A DNA stretch of 45,261 bases, taken from sequence record DRR723986_11253, one strand, 5' to 3'. Made by a program: the position numbers and the translations under genes. Each line of letters opens with the position of its first letter. Within the stretch, counting starts at the first letter, position 1. Shown one piece after another: positions 10,022 to 19,629 of the stretch. The notes beneath the pieces were generated by a model that was not told the DNA's origin, ran no database searches, and saw nothing but the letters and a program-made list of their open reading frames with translations.

Positions 10022-10523
10022 AATAATAGCAGTTCAGCAGTTGGATAAAATAGATCCGAATGCAACTTACATCTTGTTAATAAATCCTGAAAAAATCCCT
10101 CATTTGGTTTATATCGAAGAGGGGAAATATTTCACTTTAACATACAATGAGAGCGTTTGTGGCGAAAATTTTGAAACTTATTTGAAAAAGCTCAAACGCC
10201 TGAAAAAGAAGATGATTTTCTTAAAATTGAAAAATGTGCGCGGTGACGCCTCAGCAGAGTTCCAACAATTCACCGCTGCCGATTCTTCAAGTATTACCTG
10301 CTTTGTACCTGTTAAAAACTGTGTGTTGCCAGAATCTAAAGCGCAGATGATTCATGAGCTAATTCCTGAATTGTATGAGAATCAAATCATTGAGTCAGCT
10401 TATCATTTGAATGCAATAGAAATTCTCAATGAATCAAAAGAATTTACACTTTCTGTCTATACAAAAAAGATGATATTTTCGTACATTCAACATCTCAAAA
10501 ATAAAGATGTTAGTAGGAAGTAA
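10014..10523 (+). CDS. Hypothetical protein
   Basis: 169-aa ORF overlapping both dapF and the GNAT gene. Confidence 0.8.
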   Translation: MSKIIAVQQLDKIDPNATYILLINPEKIPHLVYIEEGKYFTLTYNESVCGENFETYLKKLKRLKKKMIFLKLKNVRGDASAEFQQFTAADSSSITCFVPVKNCVLPESKAQMIHELIPELYENQIIESAYHLNAIEILNESKEFTLSVYTKKMIFSYIQHLKNKDVSRK

Positions 10524-11022
10524 AGTAAGATTAAGACCTATCGAACCCTGGGATGTCGATAAGATTTTAGAATGGGAAAACAATTCAAAGAATTGGCGAG
10601 TAAGTAATACGTTAGTTCCTTTTTCTAAAGAATTGATTATGCAATATATCAATAGCGCCCAAGATATTTTTGCGGTAAAACAAGTCCGTTTCATAGTCAC
10701 AGAGTTGGATAGTTTGAGTGCAATCGGTTCACTTGATTTATTTGAGTTTTCACCAAGACATCAAAGAGCAGGAGTAGGGATATTAATTGAAGAAGAATAT
10801 AGAGGTAAAGGATATGCCTCTGAGGCTTTAAGTTTATTGGATGACTACGCTTTAAATGTAGTCGGGATCCGAAATTTATTCTGTAATATCCTAGAGGACA
10901 ATGAGAATAGCCAGGCTTTATTCGAAAAAGCTGGTTACGTGGAGGTAGGAAGAAAAATTAAATGGTTCAATGATCAAGTTGATTGGTTAGATGAAATCAT
11001 GTATCAAAAAGTCTTAGTATGA
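10507..11022 (+). CDS. GNAT (RimJ/RimL-like) N-acetyltransferase
   Basis: LRPIEPWD, RAGVGILI, YRGKGYASEAL, NENSQALFEKAGY. Confidence 0.92.
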   Translation: MLVGSKVRLRPIEPWDVDKILEWENNSKNWRVSNTLVPFSKELIMQYINSAQDIFAVKQVRFIVTELDSLSAIGSLDLFEFSPRHQRAGVGILIEEEYRGKGYASEALSLLDDYALNVVGIRNLFCNILEDNENSQALFEKAGYVEVGRKIKWFNDQVDWLDEIMYQKVLV

Positions 11023-12065
11023 AAAAAAGAAGTTTGATTCTTCTTGTGTTTTGCGGCCTGATTATCACGGCAGTTGTAATTGGGAAGCCTTATTATGACT
11101 TACATTTTGGTAAATTAAAGCTAGATGAAGAAGAAGTGGTATTCTATATCCCTTCTGGTAGTAATTTAGATGATGTTGCTGAGGTACTGAATTCTCAAAA
11201 TATTTTAATGCAATCGGTATTCATTGATTATGCCGAAAAGTTAGATTATGATGAGTCTAAAATCGAACCTGGAAAATACAAGGCTGTAGACGGGGCTACC
11301 ATTAAATCTTTGATTTACGGATTAAAAAATGGAAATCAAGAAATTAAAGACACCCGTATCACCTTTAATTATTGTCAGGACATTGAAGATATGGCAGGAA
11401 AGGTTGCGCCGAATATTGAAGCTGATTCTGCAGAAATAGTAGCTTATGTGACTGATCCCAAAACCATGGAAAAGTATGGTTTTAAAGAAGAAACAATCGT
11501 TGCCTTGTTTTTACCAGACACTTATGAAGTAGGAGAATGGGACATGTCAGCAGAGGATTTTGTCCAATTCATGGCAGATCAATTCAAGTCGTTCTGGTCC
11601 GAGGAATCAGGCAGAGCAGCAAAGTTAAAGGCCCTGAATTTGTCTCAGTCAGAGGTGGCAACAGTGGCGTCTATCATAGAATCAGAACAGGGTGTCTTTT
11701 CGCAAGAATGGGGAACAATAGCCGGACTCTATTTAAACAGAGTACGAAAAGGTATGAAGCTTGAATCTGACCCAACATTTAAGTTTTGTTGGGGTGATGA
11801 GTTGGAAGGTGTCCAACGGCTTTTAGATGTTCATAGAGAAATTGATTGTCCGTACAATACGTATAAGTATGCTGGATTACCTCCAGGACCTATTAGAATG
11901 CCTTCTAAAAAAGCAATTGACGCGGTCTTAAATGCAGAGGATCATGATTATATTTTTATGTGTGCAAAGCCTGATAATTCTGGGCTACATAATTTTGCTG
12001 TGACTTATAGCGAACACCTAAAAAACGCTAAATTGTTTTGGCGATACATGGATAGTCGAAATTAA
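11019..12065 (+). CDS. mltG: Endolytic transglycosylase MltG
   Basis: N-terminal TM helix, FLPDTY, ASIIESE (catalytic Glu), LESDPT, YNTYKYAGLPPGPI. Confidence 0.95.
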   Translation: MKKRSLILLVFCGLIITAVVIGKPYYDLHFGKLKLDEEEVVFYIPSGSNLDDVAEVLNSQNILMQSVFIDYAEKLDYDESKIEPGKYKAVDGATIKSLIYGLKNGNQEIKDTRITFNYCQDIEDMAGKVAPNIEADSAEIVAYVTDPKTMEKYGFKEETIVALFLPDTYEVGEWDMSAEDFVQFMADQFKSFWSEESGRAAKLKALNLSQSEVATVASIIESEQGVFSQEWGTIAGLYLNRVRKGMKLESDPTFKFCWGDELEGVQRLLDVHREIDCPYNTYKYAGLPPGPIRMPSKKAIDAVLNAEDHDYIFMCAKPDNSGLHNFAVTYSEHLKNAKLFWRYMDSRN

Positions 12066-12077
12066 TTCTTTGCTTAT

Positions 12078-12569
12078 CTACAGAACATATTCATGTAGAT
12101 CCATCTTGCGCATTAATTGGTAAATGGCATCATTGCAGTCGCTTTTAGGGTGACCTAAAACAAGATAGAATAATTGCCAAATTACTAGTATTGGGAAAAA
12201 CACGGTCAAAAGCCCTAGAATTGGGTGTTCTGTCATCACAATAACAGAGCTTAATGAAATCAATAATCCACCTACGGCAAGCGTAACAAAAACAAAAGCG
12301 ATTAATTTCATGATTAAAAACTCTCCTTTTATTTCTAATCGTGTTTGATTCATGTTTTCAGAACTCAATTTTCCTTTTAGCTTGATGGAGGCAGATGATA
12401 AATTAGGGATGATCGAAAATCCATCTTCTTTAACCGTTCCGGTGAATGGCTTTAAATCGTAATTTTCACGAATCAATTTTCCATATTCTCCGGTGATTTT
12501 CTCTAAAACAGCCTGAGCTTTGTCTTTAGGGATGTTCAGTAAAATACTATGTGATTTAAACATGCTCAT
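12078..12569 (-). CDS. Hypothetical membrane protein (2 C-terminal TM helices)
   Basis: 163-aa ORF; 4-bp overlap with the upstream gene. Confidence 0.75.
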   Translation of the reverse strand: MSMFKSHSILLNIPKDKAQAVLEKITGEYGKLIRENYDLKPFTGTVKEDGFSIIPNLSSASIKLKGKLSSENMNQTRLEIKGEFLIMKLIAFVFVTLAVGGLLISLSSVIVMTEHPILGLLTVFFPILVIWQLFYLVLGHPKSDCNDAIYQLMRKMDLHEYVL

Positions 12570-12898
12570 TCAAAAGATGCAAAAAACGCAAAAGCGCTTC
12601 CTATCGCCAAGGGATATAGTAGGGCACCTGCCGACAAATATTTCGGAACCACCATTTCTTCAATTGAATGGTTTAGCATTAAATCAACAGGTCCACTAAT
12701 ACCAGGTTTAAACTGCGTCTTGCACTTACGACAGTTTGCCGTTGCAAATTTAGTTTTGGCATATATCGGCATAGCGTTAAATTGGAAAAAATTGACGTAT
12801 CGACTGACAAAAATGCCTTGCTCATTGCAGCTCGGACACTGACCTAGTTCTTGGTCAAAATCAGTGAGGTTGTATGGTCGTGTTCCAAGGCTAATCAT
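12566..12898 (-). CDS. Zinc-ribbon domain protein with C-terminal membrane anchor
   Basis: CPSC...CRKC pairs flanking a FFQFNAMPIY segment; hydrophobic C-terminus. Confidence 0.8.
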   Translation of the reverse strand: MISLGTRPYNLTDFDQELGQCPSCNEQGIFVSRYVNFFQFNAMPIYAKTKFATANCRKCKTQFKPGISGPVDLMLNHSIEEMVVPKYLSAGALLYPLAIGSAFAFFASFE

Positions 12899-13366
12899 CT
12901 AAACGATATCGTCTATAACCTCCGCGTTTTGAGGTTTTTGACCAATTTTCTCAAATTGGATAGTTTGCACTAAAAATACAATAGAAAAAGCTAGCATTAT
13001 TGGGCCAACGACTAAGTTGATTAATCCAGCTTCATCATAAGTACCTGCTTCGGCCATTAATGCTAAATTAATGAGCAAGGCGATTCCCATTAAAGAAACT
13101 CCTATAATTGCTAGCACCTTTGATGTCATGGTTTTGATCTTCACTAAATTGATGATGGATTGGAAGATAAAGAAACTAACCAGGACAGCAGATAAACCAG
13201 CTCCTTCTAAAGTTACTTCGGCAGCAGATGGTCCATAGTAGGTCGAGTATTCATTGAAAAAATCCCAACTTGCCCAGCGCGCAGCACTTGTTTCATCCAC
13301 ATAGTAAATGCATAATGGTACAATTGCAACAGCTAAAATAATTCCAATAATGTTTACTGCCTTCAT
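12899..13366 (-). CDS. Hypothetical membrane protein (about 4 TM helices)
   Basis: 155-aa hydrophobic ORF, tightly packed in the operon. Confidence 0.8.
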   Translation of the reverse strand: MKAVNIIGIILAVAIVPLCIYYVDETSAARWASWDFFNEYSTYYGPSAAEVTLEGAGLSAVLVSFFIFQSIINLVKIKTMTSKVLAIIGVSLMGIALLINLALMAEAGTYDEAGLINLVVGPIMLAFSIVFLVQTIQFEKIGQKPQNAEVIDDIV

Positions 13367-13370
13367 AGAT

Positions 13371-15419
13371 TTATTTTAAGAATCCGTATTGCTTAGAATA
13401 ACTTAACATTTGCTCTTCAAAGCTTGCCGGCTGAGAAATTTTAATATCTGTGATATTGCCATTTTCATCAGTTACCGGAGTGAGAATAGGATTAACAAAC
13501 CCGTTATAAGGAGGGATATTTAATGCATCCGCTCTTTCTAGTACTTGATCGTGTAGGTCTTTGTCAACTTTTACACCGTAGTTCTCAACCAAGGCTGCTC
13601 CAGCGTCATAATCTCCTTCAGACTTGATTCGTTGGATTTCTTTCAACAGGTCACCGAAAATCACTCTTAATTTTTCATAATCATGAATTTCAAAATAAGT
13701 TTTACCATCTCGTTCAATACGCTCAATTACATTGTCAGCTTGACCTTTTTCAAATGCCCAAGAAGCAACTAATTGTCTATTTCTCATGTGTGCTTCTTCA
13801 ATGTCTGCTCCAGGTTCTAATCTTCTCATTTGGACCATCATCCCATTTCTGATATAGTCGTCATATTCTGCTTTTCCAACATCAATAGTCTCAATCAGAC
13901 CTAATTCCACTAATTTTTCATCTAATAGATAATACAAGGCTACCAAATCAGCTCTTGCCTCTTCTAACGTAGATGAATAATTTTTTAAAGTCTCCTTAGG
14001 TGTTCCGATTCCAGGATTGATTTGACCAGATGCATGTCCAATTACTTCGTGTAACGCCGTGTGCATTTTAGAACCTATTTTGCCCCATTTAACCGTTCTA
14101 TCAATTTCTTCTTGATCATGTGCAAACTCATTTAAAATGCCTTCACCACCAACATTGTTGTAGGCTTGAACTATATTTCCAAGGCTCACAGATTTTGAAC
14201 CGTGTACTTTTCTAATCCAGTTAGAATTTGGTAAATTAACACCAATTGGAGTTGATGGTGATGCATCTCCTGATTCTCCTGCAACGTTTACCACTTTATA
14301 AGATACGCCAACGACATTGGCTTTCTTGTGTTCATCCATGATAGGAGAATTGTCTTCAAACCATTGTACGTTATCAGCAACCACTTTCATTCTAGCTGAA
14401 GCTTCAAAGTCTTTTATTTGAACGATTGACTCGTAAGATCCTCTCATTCCGTTTGGATCGCCGTAAACCTCCACAAACCCTTGAATATAATCTATGTCTC
14501 CTGCTGTTGCTTGTGACCATGTAATGTTGAATTCAGCCCACTTCTCTAAATCTCCTGTTTCGTAATATTCAATTAAAAGTCCCAAGGCCTTTCCTTGTTC
14601 AGCATTTTCTGCCACACCTTGCGCTAACTTCAACCATTTTACGACTTCAACAATCGCATCATTGTACATTCCACCAACTTTCCAAACTCTTTCTTCTATT
14701 TCACCATTCTCGTTTTTTACCAATTGAGAATTTAATCCGTATTCAACCGGAGTTTCATCAGTTGTGTCGATTTTCTGAGCATAGAATTGATCAACATCAT
14801 TCTGAGTAACATCAGGACCGTAGAAATTAGTTGCAGAGCTTAATGTAAGATCTTTACTAGCATCAAGACTTACACGCTTGTTATCAGTGTTGGGGTCGAA
14901 TAAAACATCTAGAATCTCAGCATCTAATGTTGTTTCGGTTTCACTTAATAATCCTTCTAAATATTCTCTAGAAAATTCAGGAGTGAATTTATCCATAGAA
15001 TAGTGATGATGGATTCCATTTGAAAACCACATTCTTTTCAAGTATACTTCAAAATTATTCCATTCTGTGGTTGATTTATCTCCTTCATAAGATGAATAGA
15101 TGTTTTCAAAGGCCGATCGGATAGCTAAGTTATGTCTGTAGTTCTGATCCCAAATCATGTCACGACCTGCCAATCCAGCCTCGTATAAGTAGTAAACCAA
15201 TTTTTTTTGATCCAATGATAATTTATCAAAACCTGTCACTTCGTATTGCAAAACTTGAACGTCTGCAAAGACATTTCCATCATTTTTTTGAGCAACAAAA
15301 CCTGATGTGTTGGTTGAATCTGAATTTTCTACACCCTCATCACTGTTTCCGCCACAGCTGAAAAGCATTAATGAACTAATAAATAATGCTGATTTGGTTA
15401 ATTTCTTTCTACTTGTCAT
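13371..15419 (-). CDS. Dipeptidyl-peptidase III (family M49), lipoprotein
   Basis: Lipobox LFSC; GFVEVYGDP, PIGVNLPN, GSKSVSLGN, HEVIGH hexapeptide, EEARAD. Confidence 0.93.
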   Translation of the reverse strand: MTSRKKLTKSALFISSLMLFSCGGNSDEGVENSDSTNTSGFVAQKNDGNVFADVQVLQYEVTGFDKLSLDQKKLVYYLYEAGLAGRDMIWDQNYRHNLAIRSAFENIYSSYEGDKSTTEWNNFEVYLKRMWFSNGIHHHYSMDKFTPEFSREYLEGLLSETETTLDAEILDVLFDPNTDNKRVSLDASKDLTLSSATNFYGPDVTQNDVDQFYAQKIDTTDETPVEYGLNSQLVKNENGEIEERVWKVGGMYNDAIVEVVKWLKLAQGVAENAEQGKALGLLIEYYETGDLEKWAEFNITWSQATAGDIDYIQGFVEVYGDPNGMRGSYESIVQIKDFEASARMKVVADNVQWFEDNSPIMDEHKKANVVGVSYKVVNVAGESGDASPSTPIGVNLPNSNWIRKVHGSKSVSLGNIVQAYNNVGGEGILNEFAHDQEEIDRTVKWGKIGSKMHTALHEVIGHASGQINPGIGTPKETLKNYSSTLEEARADLVALYYLLDEKLVELGLIETIDVGKAEYDDYIRNGMMVQMRRLEPGADIEEAHMRNRQLVASWAFEKGQADNVIERIERDGKTYFEIHDYEKLRVIFGDLLKEIQRIKSEGDYDAGAALVENYGVKVDKDLHDQVLERADALNIPPYNGFVNPILTPVTDENGNITDIKISQPASFEEQMLSYSKQYGFLK

Positions 15420-15595
15420 ATTTGATTATTAAGGAGGCTAAAAATAACAATACTTTCTTTGATTCTTCAATTCAATACTTATAAATTCAACCAATTAGGC
15501 CTTAAACTTGTTAATAATAGAAAAGCTTTGTATTTTAAGTCAACGCTTTCATAATTAATTACGTTTATCTTTATACCAGAATTAATTCCATAACA

Positions 15596-17845
15596 ATGAA
15601 CATCAAAAAAGGCTTAATCACAACATTATTATTATTTGCGTTGAATTTAAATGTAAATGCTCAATTTGGTTTTGAAAGAATTGACACCATTAACGTGATC
15701 AACGGTTCGAGCTTAAACATGGCATGGACTGGTGGGCTTGATTATCCGCAGTATTCTAATATCGATTTGAATTGGGATGGAGTAGAAGATCTATTTGTGT
15801 TTGATAAATCATGCGATAAGGTCTTGACTTTTATTCATACTGGAGGTCCTGGAGCTAATTATATTTACGATCCGTCTTATGAGGATTTGTTTCCCAAATT
15901 AACAGATTGGTGCCTATTGGTTGATTACAACTGTGATGGCCTAAAGGATATTTACACCTACACCATTGGTGGTGGAAAAGTCTATAAGAATGTGGGGAAT
16001 TCAGGAACAGGGCATTCGTTTCAATTGGTGAAGGCTAACCTTAAAACGTGGCTGTGGGGTTCTGAAGGATATATGTACATCTCTGCCGTAGACATGCCTG
16101 GAATCGTAGATATTGATGGAGATTCGGATATTGATATTCTTGCTTTTGGGGTGGGTGGACAAACCATTGAGTACCATAAAAATATGAGTATGGAGACATA
16201 TGGGGTTTGTGATTCATTGATTTATGAAACTAGGAATTTGTGTTGGGGAAGATTTACAGAAAGCGCTTCTACCAATGCGGTGACTTTGAATGATACCATG
16301 AATTATCCATGTAACGGAACGATCTCTGGCGAAGAAAGCTGGATGCAAGAATTCTCTAGAGATGATCGTCATGCGGGTTCAACAATCTTAGCCCTAGATA
16401 TGAATAATAACGGTGTAATGGAAGTGGTTTTAGGAGATATCTCTTACAAAAATATGACCTTATTAATGAATGAGGGAACAGTCCCAAATACCAATTCTTC
16501 AATGATTTCGCAAGATAATGCGTTTCCTTCTAACACAGTGAGCGTGAATGTTGCTATACATCCTGCTGGTTTCCATGTGGATGTAAATAATGATGGCATC
16601 AGAGATTTATTGGTTGCGCCATCATCAAAAGTAGGATCAGAAAATCGTGAAGGTGTTTATTACTACGAAAATACTGCTGCAGATTTAGCACCAGTCTTTA
16701 ATTATAATGAGATCGGATTTATGCAAAACCAAATGTTTGATGTTGGTTCGGCTTCTTATCCAGTTTTCTTTGATCATAATGCAGATGGTTTAATGGACTT
16801 GTTAATTTCAGCTCAGGGACAATACAATTCAGTTACGCAAAATCAAATTTCTAAAATTTCGTACTTTGAAAATACAGGTACTCCAACATCTCCTGAGTTT
16901 ACATTTGTAACAGATGATTATCAAAATATATCGAGCCTTGGTTTAGGCAATTCATTGTGTTTTTATCCAACATTTGGAGATTTAGATAATGATGGTGATC
17001 AAGACATGATTTTGGGAGAGTACACAGGGTATTGCTATTATATGGAGAATACAGGAGGAGCCGGTAATAATGCCATTTTCAACACCTATACTATTCTTGA
17101 GGATGATCAAGCCAATCCAATTTTTGAAGGTACTTTTATTTATCCTCAATTGATTGATTTAGATCGTGATGGAGATCTAGATTTGGTAAACGGAAAGCGT
17201 AATGGAAAGCTTACTTATTTTGAGAATATTGGGAATGCCAATGTGAAGCAATTTCAACAAGTAACAACCACTTTGGGTGGTGTTGATGTATCAGAGTGGT
17301 GGACAACTGAAGGTCATTCTATTCCTCAATTTATTGATATCGATAATGAGTATCATTTAATCCTTGGATCTAAAACAGGTTATTTGCATTATTACAACAA
17401 TATTGACGGCAACTTAACAGGCAATTTTACGCTAGTTGACAGCACGCTTGAAGATATCAATATTGGTAATAATTCTGCTCCTGCAATTCTTGACCTTAAT
17501 GGAGACAACAGGGCTGAAATGGCTCTTGGAAATTTAAGAGGAGGTTTGGCACTTTATATTTCGGCACCACTTACTGATGTTGGTTTTGAATCTGAAATAA
17601 TCAATGAATTTAAAATGTATCCGAATCCTACTGATGGGGATATCACTATCGAAATTCCTACTGAGTTATTAGTAGATCAATTGCACTATGAAATAAGAGA
17701 TTTGAGCGGTCGCCTGATTCTGAGAGATAAAATTGCATCAAGCAGTTCTGTGATACGGACTGATGGAATTGCCTCAGGAACTTATATCGTTACCATTACG
17801 GACGGTATTCAAAAGTCAAGTCAGAAAATAGCGATTAACAGATAG
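15596..17845 (+). CDS. FG-GAP/VCBS-repeat beta-propeller protein with T9SS type A CTD
   Basis: Many DxNxDGxxDL Ca-binding repeats; C-terminal MYPNPT...GTYIVTI...QKIAI. Confidence 0.9.
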   Translation: MNIKKGLITTLLLFALNLNVNAQFGFERIDTINVINGSSLNMAWTGGLDYPQYSNIDLNWDGVEDLFVFDKSCDKVLTFIHTGGPGANYIYDPSYEDLFPKLTDWCLLVDYNCDGLKDIYTYTIGGGKVYKNVGNSGTGHSFQLVKANLKTWLWGSEGYMYISAVDMPGIVDIDGDSDIDILAFGVGGQTIEYHKNMSMETYGVCDSLIYETRNLCWGRFTESASTNAVTLNDTMNYPCNGTISGEESWMQEFSRDDRHAGSTILALDMNNNGVMEVVLGDISYKNMTLLMNEGTVPNTNSSMISQDNAFPSNTVSVNVAIHPAGFHVDVNNDGIRDLLVAPSSKVGSENREGVYYYENTAADLAPVFNYNEIGFMQNQMFDVGSASYPVFFDHNADGLMDLLISAQGQYNSVTQNQISKISYFENTGTPTSPEFTFVTDDYQNISSLGLGNSLCFYPTFGDLDNDGDQDMILGEYTGYCYYMENTGGAGNNAIFNTYTILEDDQANPIFEGTFIYPQLIDLDRDGDLDLVNGKRNGKLTYFENIGNANVKQFQQVTTTLGGVDVSEWWTTEGHSIPQFIDIDNEYHLILGSKTGYLHYYNNIDGNLTGNFTLVDSTLEDINIGNNSAPAILDLNGDNRAEMALGNLRGGLALYISAPLTDVGFESEIINEFKMYPNPTDGDITIEIPTELLVDQLHYEIRDLSGRLILRDKIASSSSVIRTDGIASGTYIVTITDGIQKSSQKIAINR

Positions 17846-17880
17846 CCTGATGAATTTCAGGAACGTTTAGAAATTAGAAA

Positions 17881-18558
17881 CTAATCGAGCAATATATCAA
17901 ATAGTTCTTGCACCTGTTTCTCGTATTCTTCAAAATCAATTTTTTCTAAATCTGGATCTCTAGTAAACTCTTCATCTTTTACCTCACGTTGTGTAAAGCT
18001 AGTTGCTGCACAATGCATGAATAAGCCATAGCGTTCAACGTCATAAACAATTGGCATTCCCTTTACGTCTTTATAGGCAGAGAACCATGCTCCCTTTTGA
18101 ATTTCGAAATCTTCAGTGAACCAGGCGTCTCCAGGCTGCAAGCTATCTGTGGATGAAACAGTACTCTTAATTGCCCAAACCCCATTTATACTATCCGCCT
18201 CTTCGGTTTTCTTAATCGTGTACTCCGGAGCTGAAGCAATTAGTCCATCAACTTCAGCTTTAGTTAGTTCACAATAAAATTTTTGACTCCCAAAGTCTAA
18301 TCTCATTTCAATCGAATTGTCAGCTTCATCTGTGATCACTTCAGTAGAGAATATTTTCCCTCGTGCAATAGTAGTCTTCATTTTTGTTCCCTTGAAAACG
18401 ATATTCATTTCCTTAGGTAAAATTGCTGACATAAGTCCAGTTACTTCCATGTATGGATAGGTAATATCATACGTTAATTCCCCTTCTTTAATTTTGTCTT
18501 TTCCACATGATGCTAAAAAGAGGATTGGGAATACAAGTAAAACTAAGAGCTTCTTCAT
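17881..18558 (-). CDS. Lipoprotein, DUF4412/GLPGLI-like
   Basis: Lipobox LASC; EGELTYDITY; W-FT and GMPI motifs resemble that family. Confidence 0.7.
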   Translation of the reverse strand: MKKLLVLLVFPILFLASCGKDKIKEGELTYDITYPYMEVTGLMSAILPKEMNIVFKGTKMKTTIARGKIFSTEVITDEADNSIEMRLDFGSQKFYCELTKAEVDGLIASAPEYTIKKTEEADSINGVWAIKSTVSSTDSLQPGDAWFTEDFEIQKGAWFSAYKDVKGMPIVYDVERYGLFMHCAATSFTQREVKDEEFTRDPDLEKIDFEEYEKQVQELFDILLD

Positions 18559-18584
18559 TGAGGTTTTGATAATTATTTGATTAA

Positions 18585-18654
18585 CAAATATATCATTTTA
18601 TTGATATCATGAACCTCATTAATTTAGATATCCATTTTAAAAAGATTAAATTTG
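18585..18654. promoter_or_regulatory. Divergent -7 promoter boxes
   Basis: TATATTTG on minus strand (18592-18585) and TAAATTTG on plus strand (18647-18654). Confidence 0.6.
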
Positions 18655-18672
18655 CAGACTTAAGTATGGATT

Positions 18673-19629
18673 ATGGCAACGATTAAAATTATTGAAAACA
18701 CATCAGAAATTGGGGCAGGAACTCGGGGTGCTAGCCTAGGAGTAGGGGCCTTGAAGGTCGTTGCACATAATCAAAGAAGCGGTTTTTTTGGTAAGTACAA
18801 TCGCATAATTGTCGACAACGAAAACGACTTGTTAAATGATGTTACAGATTTTCAATACGCTAAAAGAATTAATGGTTTAGTAAAAGTGTATGAGAATACT
18901 ACTAAAATCGTTTCAGAAGTTCTTGAAGCAGATGATTTTCCATTAGTGCTATCAGGAGATCATGCGTGTGCAGGAGGAACTATTTCAGGTATTAAGAAAA
19001 GATTTCCGAATAAGCGATTGGGAGTAATTTGGATTGACGCACACGCTGACATCCATACACCTTACACAACGCCAAGTGGAAATATTCATGGAATGCCATT
19101 GGCTACTGCCTTGGGTACAGATAATCTTGAATCAAAAGTAAATGAACCAATTCCTGAAACTGTTGAGTTTTGGAATAAATTGAAAAACATGGGGGGAGTG
19201 AATCCTAAGGTTTTACCTGAGGATATTGTTTTTATATCGGTAAGGGATACTGAAAAACCAGAAGATGATTTCATTGAAAGAAATAGTATTAAAAATTACT
19301 CTGTGGATGAGGTAAGGACTAAAGGTCTTGAATTAGTATCATCCGAAATCAGGTCAAAATTAGAAGCATGCGACATTGTTTACATTTCTTTTGATGTTGA
19401 TTCTATGGATTGTATACTAGTTTCAAAAGGAACCGGAACGCCTGTTGAAAATGGTTTGAATCCAGAAGAAGCAAAATTCTTTTTAAATGATTTTGCCAAG
19501 TGGAAAAAAACATGTTGTATTGAAATGGTTGAGATTAACCCGTGCTTAGATGACAAAATCAATCGTATGGCTGAAGTAGCCTATGATATCTTAGAAGAAT
19601 TCACCTTACATATTGAAAACAGACTATAA
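18673..19629 (+). CDS. rocF: Arginase
   Basis: SGDH, WIDAHADIHT, SGNIHGMP, SFDVDSMD, GTGTPV, EINP. Confidence 0.93.
   Translation: MATIKIIENTSEIGAGTRGASLGVGALKVVAHNQRSGFFGKYNRIIVDNENDLLNDVTDFQYAKRINGLVKVYENTTKIVSEVLEADDFPLVLSGDHACAGGTISGIKKRFPNKRLGVIWIDAHADIHTPYTTPSGNIHGMPLATALGTDNLESKVNEPIPETVEFWNKLKNMGGVNPKVLPEDIVFISVRDTEKPEDDFIERNSIKNYSVDEVRTKGLELVSSEIRSKLEACDIVYISFDVDSMDCILVSKGTGTPVENGLNPEEAKFFLNDFAKWKKTCCIEMVEINPCLDDKINRMAEVAYDILEEFTLHIENRL

Noticed and set aside
691-12065. Dedicated peptidoglycan-remodelling island (MltF-like, L,D-transpeptidase, dapF, mltG)
   Set aside because: The genes lie in separate transcription units mixed with unrelated housekeeping genes; this looks like ordinary core-genome arrangement.
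17846-17861. CCTGA-N6-TCAGG hairpin between convergent genes
   Set aside because: Only a 5-bp stem with no U-tract; too weak to call a terminator.
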